Made by a program: the position numbers and the translations under genes. A model generated the notes under the pieces. The model searched no databases. It saw only the letters and a program-made list of their open reading frames with translations, and had not been told where the DNA came from. This document shows, piece after piece, positions 28,217-37,626 of a stretch of 64,000 bases of DNA (within the stretch, counting starts at the first letter, position 1; each line of letters starts with the position of its first letter). This DNA is from Candidatus Latescibacterota bacterium (GTDB lineage: Bacteria > Latescibacterota > UBA2968 > UBA8231): the NCBI GenBank assembly GCA_965203355.1, contig OZ241889.1, positions 1,600,001 through 1,664,000 of the forward strand, given 5' to 3'.

Positions 28217-29134
28217 ATGGAATATCGCCTGAGACAGGATGAGCGCGTGCCCGCCGGGGTTCGGCGGATGGCCGCAGGACAGCTCGATAAGGCCCTCGAG
28301 CATCTCGGCTGTCAGGACGGCAAACTAGACGAGCACATTCACGAGGCGCGCAAGGCCATCAAGCGCCTGCGGGCCTTGGTGCGCTTGGTCCGCGGCGACC
28401 TCGGAGACGAGGGATACGCCCTAGAAAACCAGTGCTATCGGGCCGCTGGTCAGCGGCTTTCGGGGCTGCGCGATGCCGCGGTGCTGGTCGAGACCTTGGA
28501 CCGCTTGGTTGAAGGCTTGGGCCAAGCGGTCCCGAAGAGCCGGTTTGCGCGGGTGCGGGTGTGGTTGGTGGAGCGCCGCGATCGGGCCTATGGTCAAGCG
28601 GCTAGCCGCGATCGGGCCGTTCAGGAGGCGACCGCCGAGCTCGCGCAGGCCCGCGACCGCTTGGAACATTGGAACGTACAGAGCCCGGGTTGGGGAGGGA
28701 TTCGGGGGGGGTTGCAGCGGATATATGCGCGGGGTCGGCGCGATTTTGCCGCGGCCTACGCGCTGCCCAGCGACGAGGCGTTCCACGACTGGCGCAAGCA
28801 GGTGAAATACCTGTGGTACCACAGCCAAATACTAGAGCCTATCTGGCCGCCGGTTATGCAGGCCCTGGCCGACGAACTGGACCGGCTAGGGAATTTGCTG
28901 GGCGAGGATCGCGATTTGGCCGTATTGCACGCGGTTCTGGCCGAGTTTCCGCGGGCTGGAGCCACGGCCACACGGCAGGCGCTGGAAAGGCGGATTGGCG
29001 CCGAGCGTTCCCGGATGCAGCGCGCGGCGCGTCTGCTAGGCGACCGCATCTACTCGGAACGGCCCCGAGCGTTCACTCGGCGTCTGCGGGGGTATTGGCG
29101 CGTGTGGCAGGCCGAGGCGCACCGGTTGCGCTAG
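28217..29134 (+). CDS. CHAD domain protein (polyphosphate-binding)
   Basis: IHEARKAIKRLRA and FHDWRKQVKYL motifs. Confidence 0.9.
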   Translation: MEYRLRQDERVPAGVRRMAAGQLDKALEHLGCQDGKLDEHIHEARKAIKRLRALVRLVRGDLGDEGYALENQCYRAAGQRLSGLRDAAVLVETLDRLVEGLGQAVPKSRFARVRVWLVERRDRAYGQAASRDRAVQEATAELAQARDRLEHWNVQSPGWGGIRGGLQRIYARGRRDFAAAYALPSDEAFHDWRKQVKYLWYHSQILEPIWPPVMQALADELDRLGNLLGEDRDLAVLHAVLAEFPRAGATATRQALERRIGAERSRMQRAARLLGDRIYSERPRAFTRRLRGYWRVWQAEAHRLR

Positions 29135-29161
29135 CCATTCGACGAAAAAGGAGCTATAACC

Positions 29162-30346
29162 ATGATTCATACGACTATGTGGACCTATCCTTGGGATGTG
29201 ATCGACGAGGGGGTGGACCGCGTCATCGGTTTCCTCAAGGAAGAGGTAGGGCTGGATGCGATTAGCCTGGCCACGGTCTATCACACGTACGATCAACTGC
29301 GCACTCATATACCCGGCAAAAAGCTCTTTTCTGGGTGCGAGGACGCCATCTACTTCCAGCCTCAGCGCGCGTTGTACCAGGGCACCAAGATCAAGCCGCA
29401 CGTGCATCCCCTGGCCGACGACTCAGATCCAGTACGGGTCATTGCCGCGGCCTGCCGTGCGCGTGGTCTGGACCTGATCTCGTGGACCGTGCCCCTGCAC
29501 AACCACTACATGGCCAAGCAGCATCCAGACTGCGCCTTGCTCGGCGCGTTTGGGGATCGCTATCCGGGTTGCCTGTGCCCGGCCAATCCCGAAGTGAGGG
29601 AATACGTTCTAGGCTTGAGCTTGGACTTGGCCTCCAACCGCGATGTGCAGATGATCGAGTACGAATCCCTCCACTACATGGGCTTTGGCATGTTCCGCAA
29701 CCACGCCAAGGTGGGAGTCGAGCTCGGGGCGGTCGGCTCGCTGTTGATGTCGCTGTGCTTTTGCGCTGAGTGTGCGCAGCGGGCTGAGGCTCGGGGCGTG
29801 GATGCGGAGGAGTTGAAGAGCCAAGTGAAAAAATGGCTCTTGGACCTTTTCGAGGCGGGGCCGTCGGAGCGCAGCGTGCAAGAATTTGTCGCGGCCGAGC
29901 CTTTGGTGAACGAGTACCTAAAGATGCGCGCAGACGTGGTGACGTCGCTGGCGGCGGCGGTGAAAGAGGCCGTAAAAATGCCCGTTTCTTTTTTGTACAT
30001 GGGCAATTATTACAACAACGGCATCGACCGCAAACCCATTGAACAGATCGTCGATCGAGTCAATGTCCTGTGCTACAGCGGCTCGCCCGAAGAAGCCAGC
30101 CACAGAGCGCAGGAGACCCTAGCCGGTATGGACGATCCGTCCATGTTGATCTGCGGCCTGAACGGTCACCAGCCCATAGACAGCGCCGAACAGATGCGCG
30201 CTATCATCGCGGCGGTTTACAAAGCCGGGGCGCGCCGGTTTTCGTATTACAATTACGGTATGATTTCTCGGCGCAATTTTAGGTGGATTGCCGAGGCCAT
30301 TGCCGCCGTGCACGCCCTTGACGCGCGGGACCCGGTGAAGCAGTAA
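29162..30346 (+). CDS. Hypothetical glycoside-hydrolase-like TIM-barrel protein
   Basis: YPWD N-terminus, LCPANPEVREY and CFCAEC motifs; AAGGAG SD. Confidence 0.6.
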   Translation: MIHTTMWTYPWDVIDEGVDRVIGFLKEEVGLDAISLATVYHTYDQLRTHIPGKKLFSGCEDAIYFQPQRALYQGTKIKPHVHPLADDSDPVRVIAAACRARGLDLISWTVPLHNHYMAKQHPDCALLGAFGDRYPGCLCPANPEVREYVLGLSLDLASNRDVQMIEYESLHYMGFGMFRNHAKVGVELGAVGSLLMSLCFCAECAQRAEARGVDAEELKSQVKKWLLDLFEAGPSERSVQEFVAAEPLVNEYLKMRADVVTSLAAAVKEAVKMPVSFLYMGNYYNNGIDRKPIEQIVDRVNVLCYSGSPEEASHRAQETLAGMDDPSMLICGLNGHQPIDSAEQMRAIIAAVYKAGARRFSYYNYGMISRRNFRWIAEAIAAVHALDARDPVKQ

Positions 30347-30380
30347 AGCACTGGTGGATGAAAGTCGAATCACTACCTTC

Positions 30381-30461
30381 CAGTGGCCAGTGGCCTGTCC
30401 CGACCCAACCCCAGAAGCGATCGGGGACTGACCACTGATCACTGACCACTGACCACTGACC
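30381..30461. repeat. Heptamer-armed hairpin element, copy D
   Basis: CAGTGGCCAGTGGCCTGTCCCGA ... TCGGGGACTGACCACTGATCACTGACCACTGACCACTGACC, ending just before the cupin SD. Confidence 0.75.
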
Positions 30462-30478
30462 TCCAAGGAGACGAAAAC

Positions 30479-30871
30479 ATGAAACAAGCCTATGAACGCC
30501 CGTTTCGGCCCACTGAAATAACGGATTCCACCGCCGTATCCTTTCCCTTGGTGCGTATGGCCAGTCAGCTTATGACCGAGGATGTGTTTGAAAATACGGG
30601 ACGAAATTCTCTGTCCTTAGCGCGTGGAAGCGATTTAACGGTCGTTCTGCTCGTACTCAAGGACCAAGCCGTGCTCCACGAACACATCGCGCCCGGTCCG
30701 ATCAATGTCACAGTGTTGTCTGGGGATATTGAGTTCTCGACGACCCCTGAGTCTGAGCCGTTGAGGCTGCGCCCCGGAGAGGCGGCCGTGTGTGCCGCCC
30801 ACTTACCGCATACGGTCAAAGCCCTAGCGGACAGTGCCTTCTTGCTCGTCATTGGCGGCCGGGCCGAATGA
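30479..30871 (+). CDS. Cupin domain protein
   Basis: LHEHIAPGP...VLSGDIEF...PHTVKA. Confidence 0.82.
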   Translation: MKQAYERPFRPTEITDSTAVSFPLVRMASQLMTEDVFENTGRNSLSLARGSDLTVVLLVLKDQAVLHEHIAPGPINVTVLSGDIEFSTTPESEPLRLRPGEAAVCAAHLPHTVKALADSAFLLVIGGRAE

Positions 30872-30929
30872 CGAGCCGCCCGAATCGGTCCCCCAGTTCA
30901 GGGCCAAAAGGTAAATCCGCCCCTCGGCT

Positions 30930-32870
30930 TCACTCCGGTAGCGCCAGCGCCAAAAGCTGTGGCACCCAGTCGTCATTGTTGATTGGAAAGACGATATACT
31001 GCCGTCCGTCGGCCATATAGCTAATGGGACTGCCGTTGGGGTTGCCGGGAAACTCCATCTGGGCCAGTACCGCGCCTGTATCTAAATCAAAGGCGCGCAG
31101 ATAAGGCCCTTTCTCGACAAAGGCGTCACCGCTGAGATCCCCCCACCATTCGGGGTTTTGCGAAACCACCACTAGCACCGTCTCGGTCGCGAGTATGAAG
31201 TTGTAGTGGAACCAACCCATCGCCGGCAAGTCGAGGTCGCGCAGGGCCTTGTGGTTGATCGGGCCTTGGCCCACCGGGTTCATCCAGACGTGCTCGCCCG
31301 TGTCTAAGTCGATGGCCGTGATCCGGCCGTAGGGGGGCTTGGTCAGCGGCAGGCCATCGACGTATTCGGAGCGGTCGTTGAAGAAGGCGTAATCCGAAAA
31401 GGCACGCAGGCCCTCCACCTTTTCCAGCCGCACGATGTCCGGGGCGGTGCGCGAAGGGACGTAGAGCACGTTCTTTTGGGGAACCAGTGCTGCGCCGCTC
31501 CAATCCGAGCCGCCCAAGCCCCCGGGCAACACCAGCGTACCCTTTTCGCTGGGTGGGGTAAACAGCGGGCCGTGCTCGTACTTTTGCAGGATCGCCAGGG
31601 CCTTGGCTCGCAACTCGGGCGTAAAGTCGATCAGGTCGTCTGCTTGCAGCCCTTGGCGGTCGTAGGGCGCGGGCTTGCTGGGGAAGGGCTGGGTCGGCCA
31701 GCTTTGCTCGCCCGGGGTGTTCGACTTAGGGACCGCGCGCTCTTTGATCGGCCACAGCGGTTCGCCGGTCGTGCGGTCGAACACATAGCAAAAGGCCTGT
31801 TTGCTCACTAAGGCCAGGGCCTTGACCGCTTTGCCTGCCACTTCTATATCGGCTAGGACTGGCGGGGCGGGCGGGTCGTAGTTCCACAGGCCGTGGTGGA
31901 TGAGTTGATAGTGCCAGACGCGCTCGCCGGTTGCCGCCTTGAGGCAGACCAGCGTTTGGCTGAAGAGATTGGCGCCCGGGCGGTCGCCGCCGTAGTGGTT
32001 GTGGGTGGTGCTGCTGACCGGAAGATAAACGTAGCCTAGCTCGTCATCGGCGCTCATCGCGGACCACACATTGGCTTGGCCAAAGGTCTGCCACGCGTCG
32101 TTTTCCCAAGTGTCGTTGCCGTACTCGCCTTCCTGCGGCACGGTCTGAAAAACCCACACTTGCTCGCCGGTGTGGGCGTCAAAGCCGCGCACGTCGCCCG
32201 GGGTGGAGTATTTGGCGGGAGGCCGGTCGTGCCAGTCGGTGATGCCAGCGCCCACCACCACTACGTTGCGGCAGACAACCGGCGGTGAGGTGACGCAGTA
32301 GCGGCTGCGGTCGATGCGGCGGCGCAGCCCTTTGCTTAGATCGACGGAGCCTCCCTCGCCGAATGCTGGGTCGGGTTGGCCGGTCTCGACGTCGATCGAA
32401 TAGAGGCGATCGGAAGCCGTGCCGTAGAAGATGCGCTTCTTGCCGCCGCTTTCCCAGTAGGCGATGCCGCGCGAAAAGCCCCAGAAATCGCCCCGGTCCT
32501 TCCACGCCTGCGGGTCAAAGGTCCACAGCGTCTCGCCGCTTGTCGGGTTGATGGCGCAGAGGACGTTGAACGGCGATCCGTAATAGAGCACCCCGTTGAC
32601 GACCAGCGGTGTGCCCTTGTTCGCTCGGGTCCAGATACCCTCGGCCGCGGCGATTGCGCTGTCTGGGACCGTGTAACGCCAAACTTCCCGCAGCCGGGCG
32701 AAGTTGGCGCCGTCAATCTGCGACAGGGGAGCGTATTTGCTGCTCTTGGCGTCGGCTGCGTAATAGGGCCATTCTTCGCTCTGAACGGAGTCGGCGATGA
32801 GAATCAGCAACGCGCCGATTAACCACTTTGTTTTGTGCATGAGGTGGGGCTTTCTCGCTATAATGGTCAT
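30930..32870 (-). CDS. Soluble PQQ-dependent (glucose/quinate-type) dehydrogenase
   Basis: WPYYA..SKYAPLSQI, PGDVRGFD, WHYQLIHHGLWNYD, KPPYGRITAID. Start 32870 (ATGA overlap) or 32840; the ORF-track extension to 33251 is rejected. Confidence 0.9.
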   Translation of the reverse strand: MTIIARKPHLMHKTKWLIGALLILIADSVQSEEWPYYAADAKSSKYAPLSQIDGANFARLREVWRYTVPDSAIAAAEGIWTRANKGTPLVVNGVLYYGSPFNVLCAINPTSGETLWTFDPQAWKDRGDFWGFSRGIAYWESGGKKRIFYGTASDRLYSIDVETGQPDPAFGEGGSVDLSKGLRRRIDRSRYCVTSPPVVCRNVVVVGAGITDWHDRPPAKYSTPGDVRGFDAHTGEQVWVFQTVPQEGEYGNDTWENDAWQTFGQANVWSAMSADDELGYVYLPVSSTTHNHYGGDRPGANLFSQTLVCLKAATGERVWHYQLIHHGLWNYDPPAPPVLADIEVAGKAVKALALVSKQAFCYVFDRTTGEPLWPIKERAVPKSNTPGEQSWPTQPFPSKPAPYDRQGLQADDLIDFTPELRAKALAILQKYEHGPLFTPPSEKGTLVLPGGLGGSDWSGAALVPQKNVLYVPSRTAPDIVRLEKVEGLRAFSDYAFFNDRSEYVDGLPLTKPPYGRITAIDLDTGEHVWMNPVGQGPINHKALRDLDLPAMGWFHYNFILATETVLVVVSQNPEWWGDLSGDAFVEKGPYLRAFDLDTGAVLAQMEFPGNPNGSPISYMADGRQYIVFPINNDDWVPQLLALALPE

Positions 32871-34432
32871 TCGGCCAAGCCTTGGTAGAGGGCGCTGATT
32901 TCCGCGGTGGTCAGGACGCGCCCGTAGAGCCGGGCGTCGTCTAAGGCCCCGGTGAAGAAAAAGCCCGTTTCGTCGAGGTTTTTCGCGCCGATGTAGATGG
33001 GCTGGTCGGGCGAGGTTGCGACCGCACTCTGCTTCTGCTCCTGCAACGCACCATTGACGAAGAGCCGGTGGTAATCGCCGTCGAAGACTGCGGCGAAATG
33101 GTACCAGCGCTCTGGGTGCAAAAGGAGCTTGGAGTGGAGATCGTCGCGGTCGCCTCGCATCCGGTGCCAGGTGACGCGCCGTCCTAAGGTGCTGAGCTGG
33201 AAGACGCGCACTCCGCCGCCGTTGTCCTGCGCCCAGATGCAGTTGTTCCACCAGTTCGGGCGCGTTTCGACCTCGTTGTATTTGGCCCAGATGGAGACGC
33301 TGAACGGGCCATCCAGCAAAAAGCCTTCGATATCGACGACCGCCTCGCCATCAAAATAACCAGCGCTATCTTTGCCACCGGCGCGGTCCTCGGTAAACAC
33401 TACGTCGATGTTTTTAAGCGGGCGCTGATGCGGGCTGGTGTCGCGGACCTCGCCGTCGAATAGGATTTCAATGAGCAGGTCCGCGCGGCCGGGCGGGCTG
33501 GGCTCGGGTAGCCCGGCGCCCGGGTCGGCGGCTTCGTCGCCCCAGCGCACCTCCACGTCGTACCAGTCGGCGCCGCTATCTTGGTCGGCAAAGACGATGC
33601 TGAGGGTGTCGCCGGGTGCGCGAGGCTCCCTTTCCAACTGCGCGACGTCGCGCGCTTCGTGTTTGACTAGGCGATAGTGCGCGTTGGCCGGCCAGGCGAC
33701 CGCGGTGGCAAAATGCACCTTGCGGGTCCGGTCGCCCTGCCAGACGGGTTGCCAGCGCACCCCATTGACCTCGACAGGTGAGAAGCCGTCGCCGTCCTCG
33801 TGCCGCCCGGGCAGGGTGCCGTAGCGGTGCTCAATCCACAGGCCCTCGTCATCGGCGAATACTTCTTCGCCGCCGTCGACGAAGATGCGGACGCGCAGTC
33901 GCTCGCCGTGCGGCTCGACCTCGACCGTCTTGTATTCCTCGGCGGGCACTTGCTGGAGGACGCCGGCGATCTTCCAAGCATCTTCTACCCGATTGAGTAG
34001 GTAGGCGTTGTATTGCTCATCGCCCACCGGGCCGGACGCGCCCACTAAGTGTTCCTGCGTTATGGCCATCGCCCGGTCGCCCCACAGGAGGACATCGAAA
34101 AACTGGGCCTTCTTGACGTACTGGTGGATCGCTTGGTCGTAGTCCCAGCCGTCGCCGCCGGTCCACTCGCCAATGATGCCGTTGAGGAACTCCTCGCGGG
34201 ACTGCACCTTGCGCAAAATCCAGGTCTGCGGCTCTTGGCGACGGCGCATGTCGAGCTCGATGACGCTCTCGCCGATCAGGTCTTCGACCGCGACAAAGTC
34301 CTGCTGGTTCCACGCCTCGTAAAAGTGCTGTACTACATCCTGTATCTGCTGAAGATCAGGACGCTCGTCGCCAAAGACCAAGACAGGATACAAGAGGCCC
34401 AGAGCCAGTAAAACATTTGCTACAGCGTTCAT
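32867..34432 (-). CDS. Secreted protein with N-terminal NTF2/SnoaL-like and C-terminal LamG-like domains
   Basis: Signal peptide; FYEAWNQQD...WKIAG; WYHFAAVFDG...LFVNG...IGA...GALDDARLYGRVLT. Confidence 0.78.
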   Translation of the reverse strand: MNAVANVLLALGLLYPVLVFGDERPDLQQIQDVVQHFYEAWNQQDFVAVEDLIGESVIELDMRRRQEPQTWILRKVQSREEFLNGIIGEWTGGDGWDYDQAIHQYVKKAQFFDVLLWGDRAMAITQEHLVGASGPVGDEQYNAYLLNRVEDAWKIAGVLQQVPAEEYKTVEVEPHGERLRVRIFVDGGEEVFADDEGLWIEHRYGTLPGRHEDGDGFSPVEVNGVRWQPVWQGDRTRKVHFATAVAWPANAHYRLVKHEARDVAQLEREPRAPGDTLSIVFADQDSGADWYDVEVRWGDEAADPGAGLPEPSPPGRADLLIEILFDGEVRDTSPHQRPLKNIDVVFTEDRAGGKDSAGYFDGEAVVDIEGFLLDGPFSVSIWAKYNEVETRPNWWNNCIWAQDNGGGVRVFQLSTLGRRVTWHRMRGDRDDLHSKLLLHPERWYHFAAVFDGDYHRLFVNGALQEQKQSAVATSPDQPIYIGAKNLDETGFFFTGALDDARLYGRVLTTAEISALYQGLAE

Positions 34433-34578
34433 ATTCCCCCGCAAAGGCTGCGCGATTGTGCGCTACAGCATCAAAGCACGAGGGGCCATTGAACAGTGTC
34501 AATCGCTTGGCCGCTTGGATGGGGAGAGGCGGTTGAACTGCGCTATTGAAAGGGGCCTATCATTCGCCGCCGGGCGAT

Positions 34579-35820
34579 TTAGAGCAGGATCCCGGCCACG
34601 CAGGCGGTCATAAAGCAGGCGAGGGAGCCGCCCAGCATGGCGCGAAAACCCAGCCGCGCCAAGTCGCGCCGCCGCTCGGGAGCAATGCCGCCGATGCCGC
34701 CGAGTTGGATGCCAATGCTACTGAAGTTGGCAAAACCACACAGGGCATAGGTCAGGATAACCACCGAGCGCTGGCTTAGCTCTACGCCCGATCCGGGCTG
34801 AATCCACTGGCTCAGTTGGACGTACGAGACGAATTCGTTGGCCACCATTTTCTTGCCCAACAACTCGCCGGCCAGCAAACAATCTTTGGCTTCAATGCCC
34901 ATCAACCAAGCAAAGGGCGCGAATAGATAACCCAACGCCGCGGACAAAGACCACGCTAGATCTTCCATACCGAGCATGTAGCCTACGCCTTGGCCCAACA
35001 GACCCAGCGCTCCATCTACTAAGGCGATCAACCCCAGTGCCGCAATGAGCATGGCGGCCACGTTCAGGGCCAGCCGCAGGCCGTCCAAGGTGCCGTTGGC
35101 CGCGGCTTCCACCACATTGGTGGCCGTGCGCTCTACCTCAAGCGACACCCGCCCCAGCGTTTTGGACGCTTCCACTTCGGGCTGCATCACTTTGGCCACC
35201 AATAGTGCCGCCGGAGCCGAGATCACCGAGGCGGCTACCAAGTGCCCAGCGTCCATGCCCAGGCCCACGAAGGCCGCTAATACGCCTCCGGCAATGGTGG
35301 CAAAGCCGCCGACCATCAAGGCCATCAATTCCGACCGGGTCATGCTGGCCACGTACGGGCGCACCACCAGCGGAGCCTCGGTCTGGCCGACGAAGATGTT
35401 GGCCGCCGCGGCTAGGCTTTCCGCGCCCGAGGTGCGCAGGGTACGCTGCATGACCCAAGCGAAAGCCGCTATCACATACTGCACTAGCCCCAAGTGGTAG
35501 AGCACACCCATTAGGGCGGCAAAGAAGATAATGGTCGGCAGGACCTTGAAAGCGAAGAAATGCTCGCCGAATGCGTCGCCAAAGACAAAACTAGAGCCGG
35601 CATCGACGTAGTTGAGCAAGGCGGTGAAAAAAGCACCGATGTAACCGAAAAATGCCTGCCCAGGTCCGGTCTTGAGGACGAGTAGGGCGAGGAGAAATTG
35701 CAGCCCCACGCCAGCCGCTACCAAGCGGAGATTTACGTTGCGGCGATCGGTGCTCATGGCGAAGACGAGGGCGATCATCACCAAAAGTCCGAATAGACTG
35801 ATCAACCGTTCCATCGGCAT
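34579..35820 (-). CDS. NupC-family concentrative nucleoside transporter
   Basis: ANIFVGQTEAPL, GFATIAGG, ANEFVSY, ALCGFANFSSIGIQLGG. Confidence 0.93.
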   Translation of the reverse strand: MPMERLISLFGLLVMIALVFAMSTDRRNVNLRLVAAGVGLQFLLALLVLKTGPGQAFFGYIGAFFTALLNYVDAGSSFVFGDAFGEHFFAFKVLPTIIFFAALMGVLYHLGLVQYVIAAFAWVMQRTLRTSGAESLAAAANIFVGQTEAPLVVRPYVASMTRSELMALMVGGFATIAGGVLAAFVGLGMDAGHLVAASVISAPAALLVAKVMQPEVEASKTLGRVSLEVERTATNVVEAAANGTLDGLRLALNVAAMLIAALGLIALVDGALGLLGQGVGYMLGMEDLAWSLSAALGYLFAPFAWLMGIEAKDCLLAGELLGKKMVANEFVSYVQLSQWIQPGSGVELSQRSVVILTYALCGFANFSSIGIQLGGIGGIAPERRRDLARLGFRAMLGGSLACFMTACVAGILL

Positions 35821-35904
35821 CTGCTTTTTTCGGCGATAGTTAAAAAAAGAAACCCGCAGCGCATCTGCTCAATGTGGTAGGCGGCTGAGCGATGCCAAGA
35901 GAAT

Positions 35905-36549
35905 TTATCGACGCCAAGCTGCTTTTAGGTGGCCCCAAGTGGTTGCGGCGATAGCACTGGATGTGCCAACGGGATGGAATTCCCAGGTCGCGACGCCAGT
36001 CTCCCGCGAGGTCGTGAGAAGCAGGGTATCCCCTTCAATGGCATACGAGCTAATTCCCAACTCATTGAGTACGGCGAGGAATTGCACCTGAGCGAGTTCA
36101 GCGAAAAATGCGTCGATAAATTCCCGTTCAAAGGCCGGGTAGTTTTCAGCGGGGATTTCGTGCGAGTCGGCTACATAGCGGGCAAAGTCGCGGGCTACTT
36201 GGGTGAAGAATTCGACGAAGCCTTTGCCGTCCACTGAAATGTCTAATGCGTCTATACCCAGCACGAGATTGTTGCCAAAGATGCTATACGTGCCGGTGCC
36301 GTGGGCGACAATCGTCTCTATGGTGGGGGGTTGCGGGACTTGGACGGCGGCGAGGAAATCGTCTTTTACCTGAATGACTTGGTCGATCGCAAAGGCTCCA
36401 TCTGCCTCAAAGGTCAGGCGAATGGCAATCTCGCCGATTTGTGCATCGCTGATGGTGCTCTCCCAAGTGCCGTGCAGAGCCTCTTGCTGAGCATGGCTCG
36501 ACGCCGCGAGCAGGCAGAGTAAGAGGACAGACGACGGGAACTGGCGCAT
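35905..36549 (-). CDS. Hypothetical secreted protein with C-terminal TTWGHLK motif
   Basis: GGAG SD, signal peptide ending ASSHA, LHGTW lipocalin-like start, C-terminus SSAIAATTWGHLKAAWRR. Confidence 0.72.
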   Translation of the reverse strand: MRQFPSSVLLLCLLAASSHAQQEALHGTWESTISDAQIGEIAIRLTFEADGAFAIDQVIQVKDDFLAAVQVPQPPTIETIVAHGTGTYSIFGNNLVLGIDALDISVDGKGFVEFFTQVARDFARYVADSHEIPAENYPAFEREFIDAFFAELAQVQFLAVLNELGISSYAIEGDTLLLTTSRETGVATWEFHPVGTSSAIAATTWGHLKAAWRR

Positions 36550-36569
36550 AAGGGATCTCCTGTGCAGGG

Positions 36570-37562
36570 TCATTCGTACAAATGGGCGACGTACTCGGCG
36601 TAGCCGTTGTAGGGGAGGGTCTCGCGTCGTTCGGGCGCGTGGGGATCGGTGGTGATGAAGCCTTCGCTGGCTTGCGACCAGCGAGGATGGGGAACGTCCG
36701 GCTCGACATTGGAGAAAAAGCCGTACTCGTGTGGCGCTAGGGTGTTCCAAAAAGTCGCTGGCTGTCCGCTGGTGAATTCGATTTTAGTGATCGACTTGAG
36801 GCCCTTGTAGCCGTATTTCCAGGGCGTTACCAAGCGCAGAGGGGCCCCGTGTTGCTTGGGTAGCTCATGGCCGTAGATGCCCGTCGCCAGCAAAGTCAAC
36901 TCATGGGTCGCTTCCGCCATGGTTAGGCCCTCGGTGTAGGGCCAAGGCCAATCGGAGCGATCCCATTGTACTGGGGCGACCTCGGGGTTGAAAAAGGAGA
37001 CCAAGCGCACGTAGCGGGCCGACGATAGCGGCTGGACAAGTTTGATGAGATCCCGCATGGGGAAGCCCGTCCACGGGATGGCCATGGACCAAGCCTCGAC
37101 GCAGCGGTGGCGATAGAGGCGCTCTTCTAGGTCCATGATGCCGATTAGGTAGTCGATATCGTAGGTCTTGGGCTGCTCCACTAAGCCGCTTATTTCCACG
37201 GTCCAAGGGGCCGGCGCAAAATTGTCTATGAAACGCCAGACATCTTTGGCGGTGGAGAATTCATAGAAGTTGTTGTACCGGGCCGCTACGGCCTCGTCGG
37301 TGAGCGGCCGGTCGAGCGTGGACCAAGCCTCGTTAGTTGGAGCCGGGTACCACTCTGATGGCGGGGTTGGCTCGATGGGCGCGGGACTGAGGTGTTTTGT
37401 TGGATCGACGAGCGTGGCTGGATTGAGGAGTTTTTCGGGGATGCATCCGGCCAACAGGCCGATGGTGCCCAAGCCCGCTCGGCGGATGAACTTGCGCCGG
37501 TTGAGATAGACAGCTTCGTCGGTGGCTTGGTGCTCGGGAAGGGCCCATTTGTTGCGCGGCAT
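36570..37562 (-). CDS. msrP: Protein-methionine-sulfoxide reductase catalytic subunit MsrP
   Basis: Tat motif NRRKFI, YNNFYEF, RHRCVEAWS, PWPYTEGL, GAPLRLVTPWKYGYK, HPRWSQA. Confidence 0.93.
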   Translation of the reverse strand: MPRNKWALPEHQATDEAVYLNRRKFIRRAGLGTIGLLAGCIPEKLLNPATLVDPTKHLSPAPIEPTPPSEWYPAPTNEAWSTLDRPLTDEAVAARYNNFYEFSTAKDVWRFIDNFAPAPWTVEISGLVEQPKTYDIDYLIGIMDLEERLYRHRCVEAWSMAIPWTGFPMRDLIKLVQPLSSARYVRLVSFFNPEVAPVQWDRSDWPWPYTEGLTMAEATHELTLLATGIYGHELPKQHGAPLRLVTPWKYGYKGLKSITKIEFTSGQPATFWNTLAPHEYGFFSNVEPDVPHPRWSQASEGFITTDPHAPERRETLPYNGYAEYVAHLYE

Positions 37563-37626
37563 CACAGCCTCCTTGCAATAGTTATGAGAGGACAATATAA
37601 CCGATTGGCGCTGCCGCCGCGATTTT

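Noticed and set aside
32871-33251. Long N-terminal extensions in the ORF track (PQQ gene, and likewise OMF, CRTAC1, lptD, maf, msrP, priA)
   Set aside because: They overlap upstream genes. Downstream starts with stop/start overlaps, SD motifs or signal peptides fit better.
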